Shown one piece after another: positions 48,012 to 58,512 of a DNA stretch of 64,000 bases. This DNA comes from Candidatus Margulisiibacteriota bacterium. Its GTDB lineage: Bacteria; Margulisbacteria; Marinamargulisbacteria; JBFWNS01. The stretch is taken from assembly GCA_050250935.1 (NCBI GenBank), contig JBFWNS010000002.1:1-64000 (forward strand), in the 5' to 3' direction. Made by a program: the position numbers and the translations under genes. The notes beneath the pieces were generated by a model. That model was not told the origin of the DNA and did not search any database. It was given only the letters and a program-made list of their open reading frames with translations. How positions within the stretch are numbered: the first letter of the stretch is position 1; every line of letters begins with the position of its first letter.

Positions 48012-49736
48012 ATGGGATACATCCAACAACTCGATTCTCAGACCATTTCAAAAATAAAAGCCGGGGAAGTCATCGAAAGACCGGCGTCGATTGTTAAAGA
48101 ATTGTTGGAAAACAGTTTGGATGCAGGCGCTACCCAAATTTCGATTGCCATTGAAGACGGCGGCAAACGGTTGATTCAGGTTACCGACAACGGATCGGGC
48201 ATTTTGCCCGAAGACTTGCCTTTGGCGCCCATTCAACACGCCACTTCTAAAATTCGCCGCTTGGAAGACATTTATGATGTGTCTTGTTTCGGATTTCGGG
48301 GCGAGGCCTTGGCCAGCATGTGCCACGTGGCCGAATTGGAATTGATTTCGGCAACCCAAGACGGCGAAGCCTATCGGGTTACGGCGGTTGAAGGAACAAT
48401 CTCGGAACCCACCCGAGCCGCCCATCCCAAAGGAACCACGGTGACGGTTCGCAATCTATTCGAGGCCATTCCGGTTCGCCAAGGCTTTCTTAAAAGTGCC
48501 GCCACCGAGTTTTCCTATATATATGATACCGTCCTCCACCTATCGTTGATTCACCCAGAGGTCGATTTTAAACTGACCCATAATCACCAAGAAGCCCTCA
48601 ACACCAGTGGCATTCGGTCCTTGAAAAGTCGGGCCATTTTGGCCTTTGGCAAATCCATTGCCGATCATCTGTTGGACATTGATACCGAAATCGGCGAACT
48701 GCATTTTTCGGGCCTTATTTCGGCCCCTACCCTGACGTTTCCGAATCGAAGCAAACAAGTTTTATCGGTTAATAAGCGGTTGATTAAAAACGCAATTTTA
48801 CAAAAAGCCCTGTTGCAAGGCTATCGGGATTTGATTCCCAACGGACGCTTTCCGCTGGCCATTTTGAACATTACCCTTCCCCAGCGGGTTTTGGATGTCA
48901 ATATTCACCCCCAAAAAACGGACATTAAATTTTTGAACCCTGGTTTTTTGTTCGACAGTGTTCCCAAGGTCGTTGCCAGCCAAGTTCGCGCTTTGAATTT
49001 GCTGGGCCATTCCGAAACCTTTGCTCGGTTTTCGCCAGTAGAAACCCCGTCCACATCTGGATTTTCTTTGGGGTTTTCTTCGGGCGTTTCGGGCAATACT
49101 TGGACCCCACCTCTAGCCAGTACGGCACCGTTGTTTTCCCCACAGCTTTTTTCGCAGCCTGCAGAACCGGTTCCTTTTTGGCAATTGTTTAATACCTATT
49201 TGGCCTTTAAAACCCCAGATGGACTCTGTTTATTTGATCAACACGCCGTACACGAACGGATTTTATACGAGGTTTTTAAGCAACGTCACGCCGAAAACAA
49301 AGGCAGGCAACCGCTTTTAATTGGGGATATTGTGGAAGTGAGTCCCGATTTGTATCAGTTGTTTTTAGAAAACCAGGCGCTCTTGAATTGGTTGGATTTT
49401 GTGGTGGATGATTTTGGAAACAACTGCCTTCGCATTCGGGAAATTCCCGCTGCCTTGGTGGACATCGACACCACAGCCCTGATTATCGATCTGCTCGAAA
49501 ACATCAAAAAAATGCCCGACCTTACCCCCGATTTAAGCCTGGTCCAAAAAGAAAAATTGGAAATGATGGCCTGCAAAGCCGCCATTAAAGCCGGCAAAAA
49601 AATGAAGGATCACGAAGTCCAACAACTGATTCGCGATTTTCTGGCTTCGCCCGCCAACTATACCTGCCCCCATGGACGACCGCTTTTTGTACAACTCAAA
49701 CAACACGATCTAGAAAAGCTTTTTTTAAGGACATAA
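48012..49736 (+). CDS. mutL: DNA mismatch repair protein MutL
   Basis: AGEVIERPASIVKELLENSLDAGA, HATSKI, GFRGEAL, DVNIHP.K, DQHAVHER, ACK, CPHGRP. Confidence 0.98.
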   Translation: MGYIQQLDSQTISKIKAGEVIERPASIVKELLENSLDAGATQISIAIEDGGKRLIQVTDNGSGILPEDLPLAPIQHATSKIRRLEDIYDVSCFGFRGEALASMCHVAELELISATQDGEAYRVTAVEGTISEPTRAAHPKGTTVTVRNLFEAIPVRQGFLKSAATEFSYIYDTVLHLSLIHPEVDFKLTHNHQEALNTSGIRSLKSRAILAFGKSIADHLLDIDTEIGELHFSGLISAPTLTFPNRSKQVLSVNKRLIKNAILQKALLQGYRDLIPNGRFPLAILNITLPQRVLDVNIHPQKTDIKFLNPGFLFDSVPKVVASQVRALNLLGHSETFARFSPVETPSTSGFSLGFSSGVSGNTWTPPLASTAPLFSPQLFSQPAEPVPFWQLFNTYLAFKTPDGLCLFDQHAVHERILYEVFKQRHAENKGRQPLLIGDIVEVSPDLYQLFLENQALLNWLDFVVDDFGNNCLRIREIPAALVDIDTTALIIDLLENIKKMPDLTPDLSLVQKEKLEMMACKAAIKAGKKMKDHEVQQLIRDFLASPANYTCPHGRPLFVQLKQHDLEKLFLRT

Positions 49737-49746
49737 GGAACCCTGC

Positions 49747-51369
49747 ATGAATATTTTTTTGGCTCAATTAAATCCCACCATGGGCGCTATTGCGGCAAAC
49801 ACCGAAACGATTTTGACTTGGTTTAAACAAGCGGCAGAACAAAAAGCCGACTTGGTGGTTTTTCCAGAACTTTCCATTACCGGCTATTCCCCCAAAGACT
49901 TGCTTGATGAACCAGCCTTTATGAAACACGTTCAAGAAGCCATCGAAAGCCTACAGGCCGCGTCCACAGCCTATCCCGAAACGGGCCTTTTGGTTGGGGC
50001 ACCTACCCCACATACCTTAGCTCTGCCCAAGCAACGGTTTAACAGCGCCATTTTAATTCACAACGGCACGGCCCAATACAGCCATAAGGTTTTGTTGCCC
50101 AACTATGACGTTTTTGAAGAAGCCCGCTATTTTGATTCTGCAACCCCTGGGACGCCCATTTTATTTAAAAACAAGCTCTTGGGCATCACCATCTGTGAAG
50201 ACGCTTGGGATTTAACCGGATTCAGCCCGGTTTCCTATGCCTATCACCCCTTAAAACAAATGGCCGATCAAGGTGCCGATATTTTGATTAACATTGCAGC
50301 GTCTCCGTTTCAAATGGGGAAATTTTCAATCAAACAAACCTTGTTTTTAAACCATGCCATTGCCCTCAAAAAACCCATTGTGTACGTCAATCAAGTGGGC
50401 GGGAACGATGATTTGATTTTTGATGGGGGAAGTTTTGTGTTGGATGGCCACCAAAATTGCATTGCCCACGCTCCCTTTTTTAAAGAAGTCATGGTGCCCG
50501 TGGCCCTGACCATTCCCCAAAAACCCGGCTGGATTATCCCCGATACCATGGACGCCCTTCACCGGGCCTTGGTGTTGGGTGTGAAAGATTATTTCCGCAA
50601 AACTGGTTTTTCCCAGGCCGTGATTGGTTTGTCTGGGGGCATCGACTCGTCGGTGGCCGCAACCTTGGCTGTGGATGCCCTGGGACCAGAGAATGTCTTT
50701 GGACTGGCCATGCCCTCGCCCTTTTCGTCCGAAGCCAGTCTAACGGATGCCAAAACCTTGGCCGCGAATTTGGGCATCAGCTGCGATGTGGTTCCGATTG
50801 GGTCCATTTTCGAAGCCTATTTGGCCACCTCGGTTTTCCCCAAAAACGAAGTGACCCTGGCGGTTGAAAATGTCCAAGCCCGCATTCGAGGCAATTTAAT
50901 CATGGCCACAGCCAATGCCAAAAAAGCCCTGGCCATCACCACCGGCAATAAAAGCGAATTGTCCATGGGCTATTGCACCTTGTATGGTGATATGAGCGGC
51001 GCGATTAATCCGATAGCCGATGTGTTTAAAACCCAGGTCTACGAACTGGCCCGTCATCTGAATGCCACCCAAGAACGCATTCCCGAATCGGCCATCACCA
51101 AAGCGCCTTCTGCGGAATTACGGCCCAATCAGACCGACCAGGACAGTTTGCCCCCCTACCCCGAATTGGATGCCATTTTGTCCCAGCTTATCGAGCATCA
51201 AGCCAGCCCGGACGATGTGATTCGACTTGGGTTTAACGCCGAAACAGTTCGGTGGATTGCTAAGGTTTTTACCCAAAACGAATACAAACGCCAACAAGCG
51301 GCTATTGGTCTGAAAGTGTCGTCAAAAGCCTTTGGCAGTGGACGACGGGTACCCGTAGCTCGGGGTTAA
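49747..51369 (+). CDS. nadE: Glutamine-dependent NAD+ synthetase
   Basis: Nitrilase domain FPEL/K.LLPNY/ICED; SGGIDS, ENVQARIR, TGNKSE, GY.TLYGD, PSAELRP. Confidence 0.96.
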   Translation: MNIFLAQLNPTMGAIAANTETILTWFKQAAEQKADLVVFPELSITGYSPKDLLDEPAFMKHVQEAIESLQAASTAYPETGLLVGAPTPHTLALPKQRFNSAILIHNGTAQYSHKVLLPNYDVFEEARYFDSATPGTPILFKNKLLGITICEDAWDLTGFSPVSYAYHPLKQMADQGADILINIAASPFQMGKFSIKQTLFLNHAIALKKPIVYVNQVGGNDDLIFDGGSFVLDGHQNCIAHAPFFKEVMVPVALTIPQKPGWIIPDTMDALHRALVLGVKDYFRKTGFSQAVIGLSGGIDSSVAATLAVDALGPENVFGLAMPSPFSSEASLTDAKTLAANLGISCDVVPIGSIFEAYLATSVFPKNEVTLAVENVQARIRGNLIMATANAKKALAITTGNKSELSMGYCTLYGDMSGAINPIADVFKTQVYELARHLNATQERIPESAITKAPSAELRPNQTDQDSLPPYPELDAILSQLIEHQASPDDVIRLGFNAETVRWIAKVFTQNEYKRQQAAIGLKVSSKAFGSGRRVPVARG

Positions 51370-51411
51370 CGCTTTACACCGGACTTCTCCCTGAATTACC
51401 ATGGGTGTACT

Positions 51412-52452
51412 ATGAAACCCACACAGAACTTGAATATTATGGAAGTTACCCCGCTTATTTCTCCAGCCGAGCTCAAATCGGCCCTTCCCATGACGGAAAA
51501 ATCCAATCAAACCGTCATTGAAAGCCGCCGTGTCATCGCCAATATTTTGGATGGCACGGACCCCCGATTTTTGGTGATTACTGGCCCTTGTTCGATTCAC
51601 GATCCCGAAGCCGCCTTGGATTATGCCAGACGGCTGGTCAAGCTTCACCAAGCTTTTTCAGATAAGCTCTACATTGTCATGCGGGTTTATTTTGAAAAAC
51701 CCCGAACCATTATTGGATGGAAAGGGTTGATTAACGACCCGAATTTAGACGGCTCTTGCGACATGCCCAAAGGCCTACACATCGCAAGAGACCTCTTGCT
51801 TAAAATCACAGAAATGGGACTTCCAACCGCCACCGAGGTATTGGATACGATTTCTCCACAATATTTGTCAGACTTGGTGGCTTGGGCATCGATTGGGGCT
51901 AGAACCACCGAATCCCAAACCCACCGCGAAATGGCCAGTGGCTTGTCCATGCCAGTCGGCTTTAAAAATGGGACAGATGGCAGCTTGGATGTGGCCATTG
52001 CGGCCATGCAATCGGCCCTACATCCCCACAGTTTTATCGGCATTAACCAGGATGGCCGAACCAGTGTCATTCGCACCAAAGGCAACCCCCAAGGTCATGT
52101 GATTTTGCGGGGCGGCAAAAAAGCGCCCAACTATTCTGAAACCAGCATCTCTGAAGCCGTGTCTGCCCTTCAAAAAGAAGGCCTTAACCCCAGACTTTTG
52201 GTGGATTGCAGCCATGCCAATTCCAATAAAAAACACGAAAACCAAGCCGAGGTATTGCGTAGCGTATTGGCCCAAGTGCGAGGCGGAAACCGCAACATTA
52301 TGGGCATTATGCTCGAAAGCAACCTGGTAGAAGGCAGCCAAAAAATTCCAGACAATCTGACAGAGCTTAAGTACGGGGTTTCCGTTACAGACGCCTGTAT
52401 CGGTTGGGAAACCACCGAAAAATTGTTGGGCGAATTGGCAGAAGCTTTGTAG
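51412..52452 (+). CDS. 3-deoxy-7-phosphoheptulonate (DAHP) synthase, class I-alpha (AroF/G/H family)
   Basis: GPCSIHD, MRVYFEKPRT..GWKG, IGARTTESQ.HRE, DCSHANS, SVTDAC. Confidence 0.96.
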   Translation: MKPTQNLNIMEVTPLISPAELKSALPMTEKSNQTVIESRRVIANILDGTDPRFLVITGPCSIHDPEAALDYARRLVKLHQAFSDKLYIVMRVYFEKPRTIIGWKGLINDPNLDGSCDMPKGLHIARDLLLKITEMGLPTATEVLDTISPQYLSDLVAWASIGARTTESQTHREMASGLSMPVGFKNGTDGSLDVAIAAMQSALHPHSFIGINQDGRTSVIRTKGNPQGHVILRGGKKAPNYSETSISEAVSALQKEGLNPRLLVDCSHANSNKKHENQAEVLRSVLAQVRGGNRNIMGIMLESNLVEGSQKIPDNLTELKYGVSVTDACIGWETTEKLLGELAEAL

Positions 52453-52455
52453 CCC

Positions 52456-53226
52456 ATGAAGCGTGCTTTTATTCCGATTGGACACAAAATTCTGGCCTTT
52501 TTTGATGAACTGGGCCAGATCACCATTCTGACGGGCCAGCTGATTAAGCGCCTGTTTACAGAACCTTTTCCCATGCGCCGCAGTTTGGACCAGATTTTGC
52601 AACTGGGGATTGCCTCTTTGCCGGTAACCGTGATTACCGCCGTGTTCGTGGGTATGGCCTTTACCATTCAGGTGGTTCGCGAATTTTTGCGTTTTGGGGC
52701 CGGCGACATGGTTGGTGGTGTTGTGGGTTTGGCCATTTGGCGGGAATTGGGCCCCCTTTTAACCGGAGTTGTGGTGGCTGGGCGCGTTGGGGCTGCTATT
52801 TCGGCCGAGATTGGCACCATGAAAGTTACCGAACAAATCGAAGCTTTGGAAGCCATGTCCCAAGACCCGGTTCACTATTTGGTGGTTCCCCGTGTGGTGG
52901 CTTGCACCTATATGTTGCCGCTTTTGGTTGGGATAGCCGATATTGTGGGATTTTTAGGCGGTTTTGTGGTCGCAATTGCCAGCGGACGCATTAATCCCTA
53001 TGCCTATTTCAGCTCGGCGCAAAGCATGTTGCATACCATCGATATTGCTGGCGGGTTAATTAAGGCCGTCTTTTTTGGATTTACCATTGCCCTTCTGAGT
53101 TCGTATATGGGCCTCAATGCCAAAGCGGGCGCAAAAGGGGTTGGCGAAGTCACCACCAAAGCGGTGGTTATTTCCTTAATTACTGTTTTTATCCTTAATT
53201 ATTTCCTTTCTTTGGTAACCCGATGA
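52456..53226 (+). CDS. mlaE: MlaE permease
   Basis: RELGPLLTG...AGRVGAAI.AEIGTMKVTEQI.AL, PRV.A, GA.GVG..TT. Confidence 0.95.
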   Translation: MKRAFIPIGHKILAFFDELGQITILTGQLIKRLFTEPFPMRRSLDQILQLGIASLPVTVITAVFVGMAFTIQVVREFLRFGAGDMVGGVVGLAIWRELGPLLTGVVVAGRVGAAISAEIGTMKVTEQIEALEAMSQDPVHYLVVPRVVACTYMLPLLVGIADIVGFLGGFVVAIASGRINPYAYFSSAQSMLHTIDIAGGLIKAVFFGFTIALLSSYMGLNAKAGAKGVGEVTTKAVVISLITVFILNYFLSLVTR

Positions 53227-53960
53227 CAAGTCCACAAATCGAAGTGATCGATCTTTACAAATCTTTTCCTGGTAAAACCATTATGTCTGGCCTGTCCTTG
53301 TCCATTCAAAAAGGCGAAAAAATTGCGATTATTGGCCCCTCTGGCTCTGGAAAAAGCACCCTATTGCGGTTGGTAATGGGACTTCAAAAACCCAACCATG
53401 GCACCATTTTGGTGGAAGGCCACAACATTCATCGACTTCGTCCCAAGGCCGTTCAGCAACTGCGCATGAAATTTGGCATGTTGTTTCAATCTGCAGCGCT
53501 TTTTGATTCCATGACGGTCGGAGACAACGTCGCCTTTACCCTTCGGGAAATCTTCAGGCTGCCAGAATCTGAAATCAAAAAACAAGTGGCCGAAAAACTC
53601 GAATTGGTGGAGATGAGCGGCAGCGAAAACGCCATGCCCTCGGATTTATCGGGGGGTCAAAAAAAGCGCATTGGATTGGCCCGGGCTTTGGCCGCAAATC
53701 CAGAAATCATGCTCTATGACGAGCCCACAACCGGTCTGGATCCGATCTTATCAACCAATATCGAAGACCTGATTGTTAAACTCAACAATCACTTACATGT
53801 GACCTCAATTGTGGTCACCCATCAAATTTCAACCATTTTACGAACAGCAGACAAAATCTATCTGGTTCACGAGGGAAAACTCTTTCCACCGGAAACCCCA
53901 GACAGTATTATGGACTCTCCCAACGAGATTGTCCGTCGGTTCATTCGAGGAGGATTGTAG
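53223..53960 (+). CDS. mlaF: MlaF ABC ATPase
   Basis: GPSGSGKS, FQSAALFDSM, LSGGQKKR, YDEPTTGLDP. Confidence 0.93.
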   Translation: MTSPQIEVIDLYKSFPGKTIMSGLSLSIQKGEKIAIIGPSGSGKSTLLRLVMGLQKPNHGTILVEGHNIHRLRPKAVQQLRMKFGMLFQSAALFDSMTVGDNVAFTLREIFRLPESEIKKQVAEKLELVEMSGSENAMPSDLSGGQKKRIGLARALAANPEIMLYDEPTTGLDPILSTNIEDLIVKLNNHLHVTSIVVTHQISTILRTADKIYLVHEGKLFPPETPDSIMDSPNEIVRRFIRGGL

Positions 53961-53962
53961 TC

Positions 53963-55273
53963 GTGCAGCATCAGTATCAAGCGCTTAAGGTGGGGATTGC
54001 GTCGTTTATCATGTTGGTTATGATTTCCGGATTGTTGATTTGGAAAAGTAACATTTTTTTAAGGGCCACCGGCTACGAGCTGATTGGCGATTTTCAAAGC
54101 ATCGGCGGTCTTTTGGATAACGCAGAAGTTCGGTATCGCGGTTATAAAATTGGAAATGTGGCCAAAATTGTGCCTGGGCCCAAATCGGTTCAGGTTCATT
54201 TTTTTGTTGCCCCTGGCTCTGAAATTCCCAAAAGTTCCAAACTCAAAATTATTTTTGATGGCTTGGTTGGCGAAAAATACATCTCGATTGTTCCCGATGG
54301 CAGTGATTCGGAGATGGCCAAAGAAGGTGATATTTTGCATGGCTATGCCACCTCTGGGCTTGCAGACTTTGTGGATGTTGGAACCCAAAATTTGCAACAC
54401 ACCAAAGAAATTGTGGCCAGTTTGGAAAAAATTCTGACCTCTAAAGATGTAAACGATGCCATTCGAAACACACTGCTTCGCATCGAAGACATTGCCAACA
54501 ACCTCAATGCGCTTACAACAGCCCTGTCTTCCAACGATATCAAAGACATCGTGGCCAATTTGCGCTCGGTTTCTGCCAGCCTTGAAAAAACATCCACAGT
54601 GTTGCTGGCCGATGGCAATTTTGCCGGCAATATTAAGCAAGCCTCTTCCGATTTGGCTCTCATGAGTCAAAACCTTAAAGGCATTTCAGAAACCATCAAC
54701 ACTCAAATTACCCCAGAGTCTTTTCAAAAAATCAACAACACCATCAGCAATATCGAAGCCATTACTGGCGAAGTACGAACCATGATGGTCAACCCAGATG
54801 GCAGTACCAAAAATGTGCTATCAAAACCCAAAACCTTGTTGGGAACCCTTGGGGCTCTGAAAGTACAACCCACAGCTGGTCTGAACTATTCCTTGCTGGA
54901 CAAACAAACCTATTACGATGCCGGTGCCGATTTCAAAGTGTATGACAGTTTCTTCCGATTTGGGGTTACAGATCGTGGGGGGTCTTCACAGCTTGCACAC
55001 ATTCAACAAGGGACAGACTGGGGAACCAACGTCAGCTCGCGGATTGGGCTTGTGTACAGCAAACCCGGTGTCGGTCTGGACTACCACCTTAGCAAACGAA
55101 CTTCTTTGTCTTTGGATGTCTACGATTTGAATAAAGTCCAAGCCGAATTGACGGGAAGAACCCCCATTTTGGACAGCCCTATCGATATGGTTTTGAATCT
55201 TCGCAAAGACCCCAACACCGAATCGGGTGCCTTTAACAACGTGTCCCTGGGTGTTTCTTACCAGCCCAAATGA
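53963..55273 (+). CDS. mlaD: Long MlaD (MCE) protein with helical stalk and barrel-like C-terminus
   Basis: N-terminal TM; GL...A.V.Y.G..IG.V, GL.GEKY; helical middle; beta-strand tail. Confidence 0.9.
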   Translation: MQHQYQALKVGIASFIMLVMISGLLIWKSNIFLRATGYELIGDFQSIGGLLDNAEVRYRGYKIGNVAKIVPGPKSVQVHFFVAPGSEIPKSSKLKIIFDGLVGEKYISIVPDGSDSEMAKEGDILHGYATSGLADFVDVGTQNLQHTKEIVASLEKILTSKDVNDAIRNTLLRIEDIANNLNALTTALSSNDIKDIVANLRSVSASLEKTSTVLLADGNFAGNIKQASSDLALMSQNLKGISETINTQITPESFQKINNTISNIEAITGEVRTMMVNPDGSTKNVLSKPKTLLGTLGALKVQPTAGLNYSLLDKQTYYDAGADFKVYDSFFRFGVTDRGGSSQLAHIQQGTDWGTNVSSRIGLVYSKPGVGLDYHLSKRTSLSLDVYDLNKVQAELTGRTPILDSPIDMVLNLRKDPNTESGAFNNVSLGVSYQPK

Positions 55274-55614
55274 GCATCACCAGCACCCCGTGGGGAGAGT
55301 GGGAAGTTCTGTTTGAATCTGACTTCTGCAAGGTCAAACGGCTTTTGATTGCCCCTTTAAAGCGGCTCAGCTATCAAACCCATCAATTTCGCGAGGAATA
55401 TTGGACAGTTGTTCAGGGCCAGGCCTTGGTTGTTTTGGATGGCCAAGACCATCTGCTTCAGGCTGGGCAGCAACTCTTTATTCCTTTAAAGGCCGCCCAC
55501 CGTATCGCCAATCCCGATGACACCACCCCCCTGGTCATTATCGAAATCCAGCGTGGTAGCTATTTTGGCGAAGACGACATTACCCGCCTCGAAGACGATT
55601 TCGGCCGGGTTTAA
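55270..55614 (+). CDS. Cupin, mannose-6-phosphate isomerase type II C-terminal-like
   Basis: PWG.W, LSYQ.H..R.E.W, HRI.N, IEIQ.GSYFGEDDI.R.EDDFGR. Confidence 0.9.
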   Translation: MSITSTPWGEWEVLFESDFCKVKRLLIAPLKRLSYQTHQFREEYWTVVQGQALVVLDGQDHLLQAGQQLFIPLKAAHRIANPDDTTPLVIIEIQRGSYFGEDDITRLEDDFGRV

Positions 55615-55616
55615 AC

Positions 55617-57098
55617 CTAGTCTGGTTTTACAACTTTACCCCGAAGGGCTTTACCGGGCTCAACCCCTTTGACCAATTGTCCCTCGTCCAAGACAAAGAC
55701 CCCGTTCACCATGACATAGTCCATCCCTTCCGAAAACTGCCTTGGGTTTTCAAAGGTGGCTTTATCGGATAGTTTTTTAAGATCGAAGACCACCACATCG
55801 GCATCGCAGCCTTCTTGAAGACGACCCTTGAATTTAAATTGAGGCGAAACACTTTCCAACTGTTGAGCAGGTAGAAGGGTCATTTTTTTGATGGCCGAGG
55901 ACAAAGCCATCCAATGCCCTTCGACCACATATTTTCGAAGCATACGCACAAAAGCACCGGCTGTTCGGGGATGGGCCGTATCCCCCGACAGGGTTCCTTC
56001 TGAAACCACAACCGATAGCGGACTGGTCATGACCGTTGCCAAAGCACTTTTGGACAAGGTATTGGGCAAAATCACCGGCTTTAGGTTGATTTGTTTAACC
56101 TTGGGTTTTTCGGCTGTTTCGGCTTCTAGCGATGCATTTTTTGAGGTCTCTTCTTGCTTCCCATGCAGGGCCAAACCGGCAGCTGGGGTGATGGCTTGAT
56201 ACGGATAGGCATCGACGGTGATGTCCACACCATTGTTTCTGGCAAACTGGGCCGCAGCCAAAAGATCTGGGGTTTTTTCCAAAGCAGTAGCATGAAGGTG
56301 GTGGATATGCAGCGCTGCACCACTGATTTTTGCAGCACCAATGGCTTCTTCAAGCCCAAACAAGGCATCGTTAGGCTGAAACGAGGTTGCAGGTCGCAAT
56401 CCGATAAAACAAGGGGCCTTGTAGCGGGCCGCTTGATAAAACACATCGGCAATTTCTTTGGCCGACACCCCTGGGGTATAAGCCGGGTTAACCGCCACAC
56501 CCAACGCCCCTTGTTTTAGACCTTGTTCAACCAAGGTTACAATCAGCTCTTCGTGTTCGTCATCAGCAGTAATGGATGCCGCCAAACCGGTTGGCAAATA
56601 CAAGAGTGGATTCACCACTTCCAGCCGCTGTTTGGTGGCCAATAAAGGCCCGGAAAGGGGGTCATTAAATACCGAAATTCGAATTTGGACATGACCCACC
56701 GCCACCCCATAATTTAACTTGGCGTGCCGGCCCCGAACCGAATACCAATGGTCGACATCGAAAGTCCCAATGCCAGTGTCCAAGGCCGTGGTGACCCCAT
56801 CATAAATGTAATAGTCTTCGTGTTCGCCATCTTGCCCATAGGCCACCAGATCGATAAAGCCCGGGGCAACCACTTTGTCTGTGGCATCGATGGTGCGTCG
56901 CCCTTCGAGAGGGGTTTTGGAGACTTTAACAATTTTTCCTTTTGAAATCCCAATACTACGAACCGAATCCAAATAGGTTTCGGGATCAATCACCCGGCCA
57001 TTGTTAATCACCACATCATACGTTGGGGTTCGAGAACAGGATATCAAACCCAGGCACAGTACAGCCATCAGGGTGATTGCTGCATTTTTTATGGTCAT
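55617..57098 (-). CDS. Amidohydrolase-fold lipoprotein (N-acyl-D-amino-acid deacylase-like), metal motif degenerate
   Basis: LISC lipobox; APGFIDLVAY, DGVTT, YPY, HPR..G.F.R, KMT..PA, KGRL..G.DAD.VVFD. Confidence 0.8.
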   Translation of the reverse strand: MTIKNAAITLMAVLCLGLISCSRTPTYDVVINNGRVIDPETYLDSVRSIGISKGKIVKVSKTPLEGRRTIDATDKVVAPGFIDLVAYGQDGEHEDYYIYDGVTTALDTGIGTFDVDHWYSVRGRHAKLNYGVAVGHVQIRISVFNDPLSGPLLATKQRLEVVNPLLYLPTGLAASITADDEHEELIVTLVEQGLKQGALGVAVNPAYTPGVSAKEIADVFYQAARYKAPCFIGLRPATSFQPNDALFGLEEAIGAAKISGAALHIHHLHATALEKTPDLLAAAQFARNNGVDITVDAYPYQAITPAAGLALHGKQEETSKNASLEAETAEKPKVKQINLKPVILPNTLSKSALATVMTSPLSVVVSEGTLSGDTAHPRTAGAFVRMLRKYVVEGHWMALSSAIKKMTLLPAQQLESVSPQFKFKGRLQEGCDADVVVFDLKKLSDKATFENPRQFSEGMDYVMVNGVFVLDEGQLVKGVEPGKALRGKVVKPD

Positions 57099-57799
57099 AA
57101 AGAGTCTCCAAGATCGTGTTGTTCTTTTCGGGTTAAATGCCGATAGTCGCCTTCGGCAAGCGCACCCAAAATAATGCTATGAAATCGAATGCGTTTCAAA
57201 AATACCACCCTGGCGCCCAGGCATTGTAACATGCGTCGGATTTGCCGGTTTTTTCCTTCCACCATAATGATGCGAAACGTTACCGTGGAAACAGGAATCA
57301 CGGTCGTGGGCTTGCTGACTGTACTGAGCAGTTGAACCCCGGTTTCGAGTTGGTGCTTCATGTCTTCGGTTAAGGGGCGGTCGATTCGAACCAGGTATTC
57401 GCGTTCGTGTGGAAGATCGTCGGGTTGAAGAATTTTTTTTGCAAAAACCCCATCATCAGACAATAAAATCAGGCCTTCAGATTCTTTGTCCAAACGACCA
57501 ATGGCCGAGAGACTTTTTAATTTTTCAGGGAGCAAGTCTTTAATTTCTTGCTCTCCGGCCTGGGGCAAATTGGTTACGATACCGCGGGGCTTGTGAAAGG
57601 CAATATAGGTTTTTTTTCTGCGGCTAAACGCGGGATCGATGGTAATGTGGTCGCGGTCGGTGTCCACCCGTGTGCCCAGTTCGGTTACCACAACCCCATT
57701 AACCCGAATGTACCCCGCAACCAAAGCCGCTTCGGTTTCTTTTCGCGACAAGAGTCCCTGGTTGGAGACCACTTTTTGAATGCGTTCCAATGGGGCCAT
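57095..57799 (-). CDS. rRNA pseudouridine synthase (RsuA/RluB/RluF family)
   Basis: S4 domain; HKPRG, GRLDKESEGL, EGKNRQIRRM. Confidence 0.93.
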   Translation of the reverse strand: MAPLERIQKVVSNQGLLSRKETEAALVAGYIRVNGVVVTELGTRVDTDRDHITIDPAFSRRKKTYIAFHKPRGIVTNLPQAGEQEIKDLLPEKLKSLSAIGRLDKESEGLILLSDDGVFAKKILQPDDLPHEREYLVRIDRPLTEDMKHQLETGVQLLSTVSKPTTVIPVSTVTFRIIMVEGKNRQIRRMLQCLGARVVFLKRIRFHSIILGALAEGDYRHLTRKEQHDLGDSL

Positions 57800-58338
57800 T
57801 AGGGTATTCGTCTTTCAAGTTCAAGAACCGCTTGATCCAGCAAGTTGGGCAGCTCTTTTTCTTCGGATGATGAAAAATTAGATAAGACAAAATCGGAAAC
57901 ATCAGCCCCCTCTGGTTTGGGGCCAATGCCAATGCGTAACCTGGGAAATTCGGTGGTTTTAAGGTGGGCCACAGCCGATTTCATGCCATTGTGTGTACCT
58001 GCACTGCCTTTATCCCGATAGCGGATGGTCCCGAAAGGGATATCGAAATCGTCGTACACCACCGTTACTAGGCTGGGTGGCAATTTATAAAAACGACAGG
58101 CTGCCGAAATGGCCTCCCCCGACAGATTCATATAGGTTAAGGGCTTCAGAATCAATACCTCCGCTGCTTCGCCAGCAGCACGTCGCCAAGTTCCTTTAAA
58201 AACATCGGATTTAAACTTTTGGGTTCCCCCCAAAATGCCCAGTTTTTCGACCAATAAATCGGCAAACCGAAACCCAACATTGTGGCGGGTTCTTTCGTAC
58301 TCTTTTCCTGGGTTTCCCAGGCAGGCAATCACCAACAT
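57799..58338 (-). CDS. pth: Peptidyl-tRNA hydrolase
   Basis: LGNPG..Y..TRHNVGF, KPLTYMNLSG, GTHNG.KS, RLRIGIG. Confidence 0.97.
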   Translation of the reverse strand: MLVIACLGNPGKEYERTRHNVGFRFADLLVEKLGILGGTQKFKSDVFKGTWRRAAGEAAEVLILKPLTYMNLSGEAISAACRFYKLPPSLVTVVYDDFDIPFGTIRYRDKGSAGTHNGMKSAVAHLKTTEFPRLRIGIGPKPEGADVSDFVLSNFSSSEEKELPNLLDQAVLELERRIP

Positions 58339-58354
58339 GGTGCTATGGTAACAC

Positions 58355-58390
58355 AATAAAAAAAGCCTGCAACGGGTGCAGGCTTTTATT
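58355..58390 (-). terminator. Intrinsic terminator downstream of tRNA-fMet
   Basis: AAAAGCCTGCA-ACGGG-TGCAGGCTTTT with A/T tails. Confidence 0.8.
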
Positions 58391-58399
58391 CAATGACGT

Positions 58400-58474
<75 letters not shown>

Positions 58475-58512
58475 TCGAAAAATAAGGCATTTCAGTATAG
58501 TCCCACTCGAGG

